Sequence record: MZ443780.1
DNA: 64,000 nucleotides
Direction: 5' to 3' (one strand)
The notes beneath the pieces were generated by a model. The model saw only the letters and a program-made list of their open reading frames with translations, was not told where the DNA came from and did no database searches. A program made the translations under genes and the position numbers. Every line of letters starts with the position of its first letter. Positions within the stretch are counted from its first letter, which is position 1. Shown piece by piece: positions 44,719 to 53,971 of the stretch.

Positions 44719-45388
44719 TCTGATCTTCAAACAGATACTCGAAGGTAACATCGAGATTCTCGATACAGTCCAAGAGCTACACGAACGCAGTCAGATAAAC
44801 ATGCGTAACGTTGAGTCGCTTGGGCTGGTTGCACTTAACGGTAGTTGGTGCTATACGCCTAAGTATTTGCACGAAAACAAACACGCTATCTCATACATGC
44901 TCGGTCATGTTCTGCTTGGTCCGACGCTGAACTACACCACTCTCCTGACCGAGATGACTCAGCGTGTAGAGAACGAGATGTACTACGGCCCGTTGCGTCA
45001 ACTGCGCACGTTCCTGATCAATCACGATACAGTGTCCGGCAAAACTGATTTGCGTATGCCTGACGAATGGACAATTGACTTCGATGAAAGCCTGACAGTG
45101 GCAGACTTCATGGGTGTCGTTGAAGCCTATGTGCGTGAACCGCAACGTCAGGCAATCTCGTCGTTTGTGTACGAGCACTTCTACGCAAATGGTCTGAATG
45201 ACAAAAACGGTGCTGCGCGTTTCGCATTCATCGGCGGTCAGATGGTATTCGTTGCGCCTGACAGTTTTGCGCCTGGTGTTAACTACAAATACAACATGAC
45301 GCGAATCATACGCTTCATCTCACGTCCGTGGAATCACGGTCTTGACCAGAAGAATCTTCGCGCCTATCGCAGTCTCGTAAATCTGTAA
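44663..45388 (+). CDS. hypothetical protein
   Basis: 241 aa. Confidence 0.65.
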   Translation: MASPLSEMQIGSPLPNTSDLIFKQILEGNIEILDTVQELHERSQINMRNVESLGLVALNGSWCYTPKYLHENKHAISYMLGHVLLGPTLNYTTLLTEMTQRVENEMYYGPLRQLRTFLINHDTVSGKTDLRMPDEWTIDFDESLTVADFMGVVEAYVREPQRQAISSFVYEHFYANGLNDKNGAARFAFIGGQMVFVAPDSFAPGVNYKYNMTRIIRFISRPWNHGLDQKNLRAYRSLVNL

Positions 45389-45391
45389 ATA
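45380..45391 (+). promoter_or_regulatory. candidate phage promoter AATCTGTAAATA
   Basis: Exact copy overlapping the Asn-Leu-stop of the upstream gene. Confidence 0.6.
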
Positions 45392-45442
45392 CTGACTGCT
45401 AAAGTTAACTGTCTCTAACTTCTCGATAGAAAGGAAAAAGTA

Positions 45443-46141
45443 ATGGTATCTAAAGTTCGTAAAGGCGGTGCTAGCGGTGATACGCTTCCTGCTGCGGGTA
45501 AACGTGTGACTGCTCCCGTTTATAATGGCGCTGTTGCTTCGTCTGTTCCTGCTCCGGAACTGCGTACAGCCGTACCATGCAAAGGCCAATCGCTGGCGGG
45601 TGCTCTGTATAGCCGCATCGACTCACTGCACTACGCCGTATCTTCTCTAACCGATACGCTTACCCGCATGGGCGTATACTCTGCGCCACCGGCAGCAGAA
45701 GACAAAAACAAAGAAGGCGCTGGTCAGCACGAAAACATTCTTCGTATTCTGAACGAAGATCTGAACTACGCTACCACACGCGCCGGTCAGCTTCTGATTG
45801 CGTCCATTTATGATCGTGAAGATCCAACGGACGATGAAGAAGGCGAAGACGCAGATAAGCAACCAAGCGGTCCTATCCTGCGCACTGCATACGGTCGCTC
45901 CATCTACAACGACTGCGAAGCACTGATCGAACGTCTGCTGATTATTCAGCGTAACGCAAACGACGTGGGCGCCTCGTTCGTAGGTGAAGGTCCCGAATCA
46001 ATCTCGCGTGGCTCGCGTGTGACGGATAGCGTTCACGCGTGTGTTAGCAATCTGGCAGATCACGTCGAAGACACTATCGGCGTTCTGCATCGCATCAACG
46101 CGGACCTGGCCGCAAACATCCTGGGAGAAACTGAGCAATGA
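45443..46141 (+). CDS. hypothetical helical protein
   Basis: AAGGA SD; 232 aa. Confidence 0.7.
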   Translation: MVSKVRKGGASGDTLPAAGKRVTAPVYNGAVASSVPAPELRTAVPCKGQSLAGALYSRIDSLHYAVSSLTDTLTRMGVYSAPPAAEDKNKEGAGQHENILRILNEDLNYATTRAGQLLIASIYDREDPTDDEEGEDADKQPSGPILRTAYGRSIYNDCEALIERLLIIQRNANDVGASFVGEGPESISRGSRVTDSVHACVSNLADHVEDTIGVLHRINADLAANILGETEQ

Positions 46142-47133
46142 TCGACTTTACCGCTGTCAAATTTGACGATGAGCGCCAGCCGTATATTGTAGAGCGTGGC
46201 GCTAAGGGCAAGTTCACTCGTCGTTACCTGGACGATGGTGAACAGCAAGCCCACAAAGAGTGGGAAGATGAACGCGTCCGTAAGCTGAACGCACAGGCAG
46301 TTGCGCCTGCACGTGGCCAGACCAAATCGTTCCAACACGCTGACACTATTGGTACTGACCGTAGTGCAGCACGTATCGCTTCTTACCGCGGTTTCCATGA
46401 AGGCGCAACAGGTGTTGCTGGAGGCTGTGCTGGCGGTCCAATTGGCGGTGAGCCTTCTGCGATTCCACCGTCAATAGAAAGTAACGAAGACCAAACTGAA
46501 ATCCCTATCGGCCAGCGCGTAGCTCGTCGCTCTGTTAACCTGATGGATAGCGTTGCGCATCTGACCAATGCTCTGTATGAGTTCGGTGCTATCGACAACT
46601 CATGTCCGGCAGATTTACGCGCACGTATCATGGATCGCTTCTCCGGCGAGTGCATCTCTGATCGTGATAATGTTATTCGTGCAGAAGACGAGCTGGAAGA
46701 ACCGTACTTCTACATCGAAGGCCTGTCGCAGTACCTGTGCAATGCGTACACGCAGTCACGTACTCAGGCGCCGTTAAAAGTTGTCGGCTATCACGCAGCA
46801 CCGATGATCGTTCTGGCGCAGTACCTGATGGGCCTGCTGTTCCCTGAAGGCGATATGGCACGTCGTGCTCAGTCTGGCGACATGCTTGGTCGCGGTGATG
46901 AAAACGTGTATAGCTTGGCACTCGACCTGCTGACCGTATACAACAACATTCAGGCTGACCTGAGTCATGCCGGTAACACGCTGCTGGGCGTAACACCAGA
47001 AGAGATTGGTGAAATCACCGTAACGATCTCTGACCTGTCTCAGCTTGACGTTGTTCACTGCGTTGACGAGATGCTGGAATATCTGACCCGACGTATCGAC
47101 GGTCTGACTGAACTGCTTAACGAACGTCTGTAA
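46138..47133 (+). CDS. hypothetical helical protein, probable paralog of upstream gene
   Basis: 331 aa; ATGA overlap. Confidence 0.7.
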   Translation: MIDFTAVKFDDERQPYIVERGAKGKFTRRYLDDGEQQAHKEWEDERVRKLNAQAVAPARGQTKSFQHADTIGTDRSAARIASYRGFHEGATGVAGGCAGGPIGGEPSAIPPSIESNEDQTEIPIGQRVARRSVNLMDSVAHLTNALYEFGAIDNSCPADLRARIMDRFSGECISDRDNVIRAEDELEEPYFYIEGLSQYLCNAYTQSRTQAPLKVVGYHAAPMIVLAQYLMGLLFPEGDMARRAQSGDMLGRGDENVYSLALDLLTVYNNIQADLSHAGNTLLGVTPEEIGEITVTISDLSQLDVVHCVDEMLEYLTRRIDGLTELLNERL

Positions 47134-47152
47134 AATTTGCCGTAGAAACGAC

Positions 47153-47189
47153 AAAAGGGCGACTCTCAATTACGAGGGCCGCCCTTTTT
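47153..47189. terminator. bidirectional intrinsic terminator between convergent gene blocks
   Basis: AAAAGGGCGACTCTC-AATTAC-GAGGGCCGCCCTTTTT. Confidence 0.75.
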
Positions 47190-47191
47190 AT

Positions 47192-47656
47192 TTACAACGC
47201 CAGTCCTATTCCGATTGCCGCTGCAATGCGTGTTAACCACAACTGAAAATCTGCTGACTTCTGATCTTCAATACGTGCTTTACGCTCTGCTGCAAGATCA
47301 TCAGAAAGTCCATTAGCCCTCACCTCTTCGGCTTGAGCCAAACGCAATAGCTTGTTGCGTTCATCAATAGTCAGATTAAGCACATCGAGTAACTTGTTTC
47401 GTTCTTCGGTGCGCTCTTTCCCTGCCTGATAAAGATTTATCAGATCAACCATCCCCTTGTTATCGAGCACAGCTACCTTCTTGTCGTCTACTACTTTGAC
47501 AACAACACTAGGCTTAGCAGGAACGCTTTCCTTCTGCCACTCAACATGATTAATCTGCTGAATGTCCTGCATGGTTGTTTTCTTTTGTGCGTCGATGCTC
47601 GACAAGGAGCTGCAACCACAGACGAGCAAACACAGGAGTAACGTGATTATTTTCAT
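47192..47656 (-). CDS. lipoprotein spanin (o-spanin/u-spanin-like)
   Basis: Signal peptide with lipobox-like LVCG-C-S, coiled-coil body, hydrophobic C-terminus LWLTRIAAAIGIGLAL. Confidence 0.6.
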   Translation of the reverse strand: MKIITLLLCLLVCGCSSLSSIDAQKKTTMQDIQQINHVEWQKESVPAKPSVVVKVVDDKKVAVLDNKGMVDLINLYQAGKERTEERNKLLDVLNLTIDERNKLLRLAQAEEVRANGLSDDLAAERKARIEDQKSADFQLWLTRIAAAIGIGLAL

Positions 47657-47955
47657 AGCTTATTATACCTGTCTACCAGCTCATCCATGCTGTCATCTAC
47701 GGACGGAGGCTTAACATCAGTCTCAGGCTTCCGCGTGTTCAGGTCTTTCACCGCCTCGTTGACAGTCTTGCTGTCTTGGACTTGGTTCTCGATTGCTGCT
47801 TCACGCGTATTCTCAGCGGCTTTCTGCTCACCTGTAACGGTCGATGGGCTAGTCTTAGGACGACGGAACAACAACGCCGCTACTACCAACACAACAACAG
47901 ATGCGAAAACCTTCCAGTATTTTCTAAACAACTCAATAGCCTTTGACATAATCAC
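47653..47955 (-). CDS. i-spanin-like type II membrane protein
   Basis: N-terminal TM (VFASVVVLVVAALLF) plus coiled-coil; overlaps the lipoprotein gene. Confidence 0.55.
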   Translation of the reverse strand: MIMSKAIELFRKYWKVFASVVVLVVAALLFRRPKTSPSTVTGEQKAAENTREAAIENQVQDSKTVNEAVKDLNTRKPETDVKPPSVDDSMDELVDRYNKL

Positions 47956-47964
47956 GCACTCCCG

Positions 47965-48273
47965 CTATTCGGCTTTGTCGTCAGCCTGCTTCTGCGCTTT
48001 GGTCGTCTGCAAGTTGACGAGATTCTCAACCGTGAATGCCAAAGAGAAGTAGGTTAAATGATCGGTCTGACCGTTCATCAGTAAACCGATGAACATACCG
48101 GTAGACACGAACACTGCGGCTATGGACGAGATTGGATTCAGCGTCCAATACTCTTTCCAGTTCAGGCCTTCTCGCTTAGTCTTGACTACATAGTTCATCA
48201 AGACGCCGCCAACGTATGAAAGAAAGAAGGCTACGATTTGAATCGTTGGCATTTGTGATAATACATCACCCAT
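47965..48273 (-). CDS. holin-like membrane protein
   Basis: 102 aa, 2-3 TM segments, charged C-terminus, adjacent to spanins. Confidence 0.5.
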   Translation of the reverse strand: MGDVLSQMPTIQIVAFFLSYVGGVLMNYVVKTKREGLNWKEYWTLNPISSIAAVFVSTGMFIGLLMNGQTDHLTYFSLAFTVENLVNLQTTKAQKQADDKAE

Positions 48274-48293
48274 GTTAATACTCCCTATTAGAC

Positions 48294-48323
48294 AAAAGAA
48301 AAGGGAGAGCCGAAGCCCTCCCT
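48294..48323 (-). terminator. intrinsic terminator
   Basis: On - strand AGGGAGGGC-TTCG-GCTCTCCCT followed by TTTCTTTT. Confidence 0.75.
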
Positions 48324-48328
48324 ATAGA

Positions 48329-48568
48329 TCAAAGCTGTTCAGCGGTAATCTGCCCAGCTTGATACAGTTCCCGTTTGCGCGTTTTCCACGATGAGGAAAG
48401 TTCAGAGAAGAACTCTCTCAGGCGGTCATCGTCCAGTTCAAACGGTTGTGCCACGCCATACTTCTCGCACATTGCTTCGTATGCGGTCACGTATTCCTGT
48501 TGAAGGAATGACTTCTCAGCGCTAACGCTAACGTACTGCTGCGCTGTCAGAGCTACAGATACTTGCAT
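48329..48568 (-). CDS. hypothetical protein (79 aa)
   Basis: GAGGA SD. Confidence 0.7.
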   Translation of the reverse strand: MQVSVALTAQQYVSVSAEKSFLQQEYVTAYEAMCEKYGVAQPFELDDDRLREFFSELSSSWKTRKRELYQAGQITAEQL

Positions 48569-48589
48569 GATACCATCCTCTTATTTTGT

Positions 48590-48603
48590 ACTCGTCTAAA
48601 TTA
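48590..48603 (-). promoter_or_regulatory. candidate late promoter TAATTTAGACGAGT
   Basis: Identical to 5327-5340. Confidence 0.55.
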
Positions 48604-49203
48604 TCAAACGAATTTCAAAACAAGGTCGTTGATAATCACTGCTTTCGACTGGTCAGTAGGGGTGCTGCTATTCGCATACACCTTGCCGCCTTTCAGTCTG
48701 AGGTCTGCGTTCGAGTTCTCATCCCCAACAGAACATATTGCGAGGAACGCACAGCCTGCATCGTTGGTGCCTGTCTGCAAGTTGAGCGTATTCGAATATG
48801 CGCAAGCGACGATACACCAAGTAGGCGTAGCGTCTTTGAGGAAGTAACTCGAACGATAGTCAGTGTTACCAGCAGCGGCCTTCATGTTCATAGCAGACGC
48901 AAGAAGCACAGGCACGTTGTTCGCATTGAGCGTCATCGCAGCCTTGTTACCTGCCACACCGCCAACGTAATCAGCAGCGTGGGCATTAAGCAACGGAGAG
49001 ATACGCGTGTACAATGCGTTACCACCAGCAAGCTGGGTAGCTTCGGCAAGCAGTGCCTGAACTTCTGCTTTAGTCGGCATCGTACCTGTATAGAACAGGA
49101 TTGAGTTCGCAACAGTAGTGTAGTTCGTAGGAATAGCCGCAGACACCAAGCTGCTGAATGCGTTACGCATCATTGCGTTCGCAGTAGAGGGAAGCATTTT
49201 CAT
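48604..49203 (-). CDS. virion fibre/structural paralog, short class
   Basis: ILFYTGTMPT, PTWCI, SVGDENSNADLRL family motifs; GGAGG SD before ATG 49203. Confidence 0.65.
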   Translation of the reverse strand: MKMLPSTANAMMRNAFSSLVSAAIPTNYTTVANSILFYTGTMPTKAEVQALLAEATQLAGGNALYTRISPLLNAHAADYVGGVAGNKAAMTLNANNVPVLLASAMNMKAAAGNTDYRSSYFLKDATPTWCIVACAYSNTLNLQTGTNDAGCAFLAICSVGDENSNADLRLKGGKVYANSSTPTDQSKAVIINDLVLKFV

Positions 49204-49204
49204 A

Positions 49205-50113
49205 TCACACACCCTCCAGGATGTTATCCACGATACGAACGGTAAAATCAGAAGTAGCCATCTGACCGTACTGACCGATAGACGATACGCCGAGCACAAG
49301 GTCAGTGCCAACATCAAGCACAAGCCCGTAGTAATCGTCCTGCACCTGACTGAGATATTGAGCAGTACCGGAAGGAATGCTCAGAGTCAGAGGCACAAGC
49401 ACAACATGCGTGAATGCGGCTGTGACGAAATCGCTCGCTCGTTCTGCATAAGGCGTGAATGCCAACTGGTTATTGGTAGACGTACCGTTCATGCTCAGTC
49501 GGAGCTTACGCGCAGTGATATCCACATCGTTGATGCCAGTGACAACAGTGATGCGTGTCCACACTAACGTTGTAGGGTCCTGATACTCAAGGCGAATGTT
49601 GCCTGTATTGATAGGCGTAGCATTCGGCACGAAGAACGAACGAAAACGCAGGGTGCGTCCATAGTCGTACTCGACGATATCATTCGCATCATAAGATGGA
49701 GCGACACCAGTAGTGATATCAGAACAGGCTGCTAAGTTCGCCAGTACCTGCTGAGGAGTTTTGCTCCAACCGGGTGACGGGATATAGCGAGAGTATTCAG
49801 GGTAGACAGCAAACGTTGCAACAGCCTGTTTGTTCGTAGCATCGAATGCCATGCGGCCCTGACCGTACCCGCCAATCGGCATCAGACTGCGAACGCGAGA
49901 ATACAGACGGCAGAGAATACCGTTCGCATCAGCAGTCTGGTTCTGGTACTTGAGTTCAACAGCGCAGCGAGAAGTCGCAATCAAGTCAGTGAGTGACTTG
50001 GGCACGTTCGCGCTACTACCGTTGCGGAAGAACGCTGCCCAGCCGCTTGAGTTTGTCGTAGTACCGGCAGTCTGTAGCAATTGATACAGCGCTTGCTTTT
50101 CAGAGACTAACAT
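49205..50113 (-). CDS. virion fibre/structural paralog, long class with discoidin-like insert
   Basis: VEYDYGRT...LEYQD..W...TARKLRL; C-terminal LDVGTDLVL. Confidence 0.6.
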   Translation of the reverse strand: MLVSEKQALYQLLQTAGTTTNSSGWAAFFRNGSSANVPKSLTDLIATSRCAVELKYQNQTADANGILCRLYSRVRSLMPIGGYGQGRMAFDATNKQAVATFAVYPEYSRYIPSPGWSKTPQQVLANLAACSDITTGVAPSYDANDIVEYDYGRTLRFRSFFVPNATPINTGNIRLEYQDPTTLVWTRITVVTGINDVDITARKLRLSMNGTSTNNQLAFTPYAERASDFVTAAFTHVVLVPLTLSIPSGTAQYLSQVQDDYYGLVLDVGTDLVLGVSSIGQYGQMATSDFTVRIVDNILEGV

Positions 50114-50122
50114 AATGCCTCC

Positions 50123-50656
50123 TTAGAGTTTGATACGCATATCAGCTACACGTACAGGCTGACCAGCAGTAACAGTACCACCGAGAATACGCAGGTCGGC
50201 AGTTGAGTTCTCATCACCGACAGTACCTGTCATGAGTGCATAACAGTTAGTGCCAGCAACGAAGTTTGTCCACGAATCACCGGCAGAAGCAACAGAAGTC
50301 ACACGCATCAGGAACCACGTTGGCGTACCGCTTGTTGCGATAGTCATCGTGTTCGGCTGGCTGCTGAACGGCAGGTTGATGATGTTGTTATCGTAGTCCA
50401 TGTTCGGTACAAACGAAGACAGTGTGGCATCACCGAGGAAGTTCGATTGCGTTGCAAATGAGGAGAGAGCAGCAGCGGACCACGTGAACATCGTGTTGGT
50501 CGTAGACAGCATCGCTTGTAACTGATCATCAGTCGGTGGCGTACCGGAGAACAGAGCGATATGCACGGTGTTTGCAGAGGCAGCAGACCCTGGGACTAAG
50601 CGCCAGTTGAGTGCAATCATTGCTTGCAGCGAGTTAAAGGCTTTAGAAACGCGCAT
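50123..50656 (-). CDS. virion fibre/structural paralog, short class
   Basis: HIALFSGTPPT, PTWFLMR, GTVGDENSTADLRILGG. Confidence 0.7.
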   Translation of the reverse strand: MRVSKAFNSLQAMIALNWRLVPGSAASANTVHIALFSGTPPTDDQLQAMLSTTNTMFTWSAAALSSFATQSNFLGDATLSSFVPNMDYDNNIINLPFSSQPNTMTIATSGTPTWFLMRVTSVASAGDSWTNFVAGTNCYALMTGTVGDENSTADLRILGGTVTAGQPVRVADMRIKL

Positions 50657-50657
50657 C

Positions 50658-51722
50658 TTAGTATACCTCCAGCACGACAGGTTTAAAGGTCACATTGAAC
50701 GAGCCTACAGCTTGTTCCTGTCCAGGGTACACAGTTGCGTCATTCAACACAAGGTCAAAGCTAGCAGACTGTTTCAGATCGTCTGTAACTGTCAGGCCGT
50801 AGTGCGGGAAGATGCGGCCGTAAGACTGCGCGACAAGACCTGTAGAGATTGCAGTTGCGTTGTAGCTTGTACCCCACAGCAGAGGAAACATAACTGCATG
50901 TTGGATTTTGCCCAACGTACGCGGTGCAGTACCAGCAGCGTACTCGCCGTAGAAGTGCAGCGCATAAGTACCGATACCCAGAGGGAATGGGTTCGCTACA
51001 GCTTTAGACACGATACGGAAGCGACGACCCTGAACAGTAGACGGCAATTGATAGAACTTCTCAGTAGCTACTGAGGTTTGGAACAGGTTCGTTTGCAGGT
51101 TGGTCACGTCTACCCACGAGCTACCCTGCTGCACTTGCAGGAAAGGTAAGTTTGCAGCGGTGTTAGCAAACAGGTTGTTCCCTGCAGTTGTGAGAGTGAT
51201 GCCCGCCAGAGAGTTAATAACGACCTCCGCACCGAAGTCATACTCAGCCAGAGTCCATGTACCGTCTGCGTTCGCTTGTTTTACCACAGGCACAGATGCG
51301 TTCGTTGAAGGACTAGCGCACGGTTGCAGCGTAGCACTTGAAGTCGAAGCAACACGGTGCATCAGGATAGTAGCGTACAGCATGTCCAGTTGCAGACCGA
51401 AGATAGACAGGTTAGCTGCTACGTCTTGATACACAGTGCTGTAGGAAGCGAACGTCACTTTAGGCAGAACGCGTTTACCACGGAAGCCTTGTGCAGTAGT
51501 CCATGCCGGAGCAGGAGAGACCTGATAGTTAGGTGCTACAGCCGGTTGAATTTGCTGTAGACTTGCACCAAGAGGCTGCTGCGTACACATACGACCTGAC
51601 ACCATGTTGTTCAGCAGAGTCTGAATGTCGTAGTTAACAGGGTTAGGAAGATTCCCTTCCATAAAGGCACCGTACATAATGACCGGCGTGTTCTGATAGA
51701 TAGGTAGGATTTTCATATACAT
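50658..51722 (-). CDS. virion fibre paralog, long class with F5/8-type-C (discoidin)-like domain
   Basis: AEYDFGAE...LQVQQG..WVDV...LP..VQGRRFRIV...LHFYG. Confidence 0.65.
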   Translation of the reverse strand: MYMKILPIYQNTPVIMYGAFMEGNLPNPVNYDIQTLLNNMVSGRMCTQQPLGASLQQIQPAVAPNYQVSPAPAWTTAQGFRGKRVLPKVTFASYSTVYQDVAANLSIFGLQLDMLYATILMHRVASTSSATLQPCASPSTNASVPVVKQANADGTWTLAEYDFGAEVVINSLAGITLTTAGNNLFANTAANLPFLQVQQGSSWVDVTNLQTNLFQTSVATEKFYQLPSTVQGRRFRIVSKAVANPFPLGIGTYALHFYGEYAAGTAPRTLGKIQHAVMFPLLWGTSYNATAISTGLVAQSYGRIFPHYGLTVTDDLKQSASFDLVLNDATVYPGQEQAVGSFNVTFKPVVLEVY

Positions 51723-51782
51723 GCCCTTGGTTTAAAGACAGTTCAAATTAATGACGTGGCAGCCGAAGCCACCACGTGTGTC

Positions 51783-52307
51783 TTACAGTTGAATGGTAAG
51801 ATCGAGGAAGCGATATGCTTGACCTGTCTTAATCGTACCACCGATGAACTGTAGTTCTGCGTCAGACCCTTGAGCACCGACACTGCCGATCCAGAACGGA
51901 CCAGTAAGGCTTGCGCTGTAGCTGAACCCTGCCCAGTTGTTTGATGCGTTAGCCGGAAGAATACGCGCAACATAGAACGTAGGTGTACCGTCAGCAGCAC
52001 CAACCAACGTAGCGGCCTGCCCAGAAAGAGGCAACGTGACTGTACGAGCAGTGACGTTCACTACTGGAGTGATTGCAGCAGACGCCAACACACCAAGGAA
52101 GTCTGTAGACGTCAAGCCAAGATTAGCTGCCACCGTACTCCATGTAAGCAGACTGTTAACAGCACCTGGAGCCATGAGATCAAGTGCTTTACTGATCTTA
52201 GGAGCAGTGCCTTTGAACAGAGCAATGTGCAACGTGTTAGCAGCCAGAGCAGTTGCAGGGAATGCAGCGTTCATCTGGGCAAGAGAGATACCTTTGTTGC
52301 TAATCAT
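51783..52307 (-). CDS. virion fibre/structural paralog, short class
   Basis: HIALFKGTAP, PTFYVAR, GSVGAQGSDAELQFIGG. Confidence 0.7.
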   Translation of the reverse strand: MISNKGISLAQMNAAFPATALAANTLHIALFKGTAPKISKALDLMAPGAVNSLLTWSTVAANLGLTSTDFLGVLASAAITPVVNVTARTVTLPLSGQAATLVGAADGTPTFYVARILPANASNNWAGFSYSASLTGPFWIGSVGAQGSDAELQFIGGTIKTGQAYRFLDLTIQL

Positions 52308-53380
52308 ACGCCCCTCCCTACGAGTGCATCTTGCTTAATGCGGAACGTTGGCACAGGCGCTTCACCTAACGCAATGCTGTATGTCGTATCTGGCATCACG
52401 ATATCGTTGCTTGCAGCGAGCTTGAGATCGTCAGTGACGGTCAGATGTGTCATACCGAAGTAACGTCCGGCAACCGTTGCTTCTGCGGCAGGCCAGTTGA
52501 AGTGCCACTGGGTGCTGTTAGCATAACTACTGTTTGCCATGAGTGTAAGCAGAGACATGTGCTTGTACTTGCCCAACGTGCGAGGCTTCGTTCCTGTGTA
52601 GTTGCCATAGAACTGCAAGCTAAACGGATAGTGGCCTGTAGTAGACCACGGCCATGCGGTAGTCTTGTTCACCAGACGCCACTTCTGCGCTTTGATAGAC
52701 ACAGGCAGGTTGTACGCTACTGGTGACCAGTTGGTGGTTGTGCGGACGTTCGTGTAACAGTCAACTGCATCAACCCACTGACCATCAACATAGGCCTGCA
52801 GGAAAGTATTCGCAGTGCCGAGCACCATCAGGCTACTTACCGTAGAACCGATAGATACGCCCACCAGCCCTTTGAGTTCCATCTCAGCGCCGAAGTCATA
52901 TTCAGCAATCAACCAGTTGCCAGCTTCTGTCAGGTTGTACTGAGGACTCAGGTACAGACTGGTATTGATGGAGAACTGAGTCTGAATAGTCCCCATCTTA
53001 TGTGCGAGAATAGTTGTAGCTACGCTCTCATTGTATTTGCCGACAGTTGCAGCGAAACGGTTATCAAGTGCAGGCAGTCGTACTTTAGGAACGACGCGCG
53101 ACAACGCACTGATAGCAGCACCATATCCAAGCGAACCACTGAACTCAACCCACGCAGGATAGAAGTTGGTGCAGAGGAACGTTGACGCAGTTACGGGCTG
53201 ATACCGCCAGCTAAACGGTGCAGTAGACATAAATGTTTTCTGAAACAGACGCATAGCGATAGCGTCATTGAACGTGCTATGAATGCCACGCTCGCCATTT
53301 GCTGGCACGTCTGTATCATACAGCAGACCGAGCGCAAACACCGACGCTACGTTTGCGGCTTGATACGGAAAGAGTTCCAT
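52304..53380 (-). CDS. virion fibre paralog, long class with discoidin-like domain
   Basis: AEYDFGAE...LQAYVDGQWVD...LP..IKAQKWRLV...LQFYG; close paralog of 50658..51722. Confidence 0.65.
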   Translation of the reverse strand: MELFPYQAANVASVFALGLLYDTDVPANGERGIHSTFNDAIAMRLFQKTFMSTAPFSWRYQPVTASTFLCTNFYPAWVEFSGSLGYGAAISALSRVVPKVRLPALDNRFAATVGKYNESVATTILAHKMGTIQTQFSINTSLYLSPQYNLTEAGNWLIAEYDFGAEMELKGLVGVSIGSTVSSLMVLGTANTFLQAYVDGQWVDAVDCYTNVRTTTNWSPVAYNLPVSIKAQKWRLVNKTTAWPWSTTGHYPFSLQFYGNYTGTKPRTLGKYKHMSLLTLMANSSYANSTQWHFNWPAAEATVAGRYFGMTHLTVTDDLKLAASNDIVMPDTTYSIALGEAPVPTFRIKQDALVGRGV

Positions 53381-53389
53381 AGAGCGTCC

Positions 53390-53971
53390 TTAGCTGAATG
53401 AGATGTTGTTGATGTTGACAGTACCATTCAGGTTGAATGTACCGTCACCGTTGTCAGTCAAAGGTACACCCATGCTGATCAAGTCTTGTGGCGTGAACTC
53501 AAACACCGTAGTTGTAGACACAGTTCCAGCGGCGTATGCAGAAGTGCTGTTACTGACTAACAGGTACATGCGATTGAATGCTTTCGCGTAGCTGAAACGT
53601 CCGAGCAGACCGTTCAGGTCGAGAGTACGCTTGTCGCCACCAACGTTGATAACACGCACAGTACCAGACGAAATGAACGATGCGTCCATGACACAGTTAG
53701 GCAAATTCGCTGCGAGATATGTACGCAACGAAGTGAGACTGAACAGAGCTTGTGACTGGTTTGTCCAAACGCTGTCTGGGATTGTGTCGCCCGTAGAGAA
53801 CACGATAGCAGCAGAAGGTTCAGCCGATATAGGAACGCCACCAGATTGATAGGCACCAGCTTGGTTGTATGCAGTAAACGCACTCGGTACCCAGGGCATA
53901 TCCACGGTAATAGATGCAGTAGAACTAAGCGAGTCACCACGCATGTTGAGCATTGCTTTAGAGATATACAT
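53390..53971 (-). CDS. virion fibre/structural paralog, short class (divergent)
   Basis: Thr/Ser/Asn-rich, IVFSTGDTIP; alternating position in array. Confidence 0.55.
   Translation of the reverse strand: MYISKAMLNMRGDSLSSTASITVDMPWVPSAFTAYNQAGAYQSGGVPISAEPSAAIVFSTGDTIPDSVWTNQSQALFSLTSLRTYLAANLPNCVMDASFISSGTVRVINVGGDKRTLDLNGLLGRFSYAKAFNRMYLLVSNSTSAYAAGTVSTTTVFEFTPQDLISMGVPLTDNGDGTFNLNGTVNINNISFS

Noticed and set aside
47127-47135. TCTGTAAAA as another promoter copy
   Set aside because: It is formed by the Leu-stop of the last + gene and faces a terminator with no downstream + gene.
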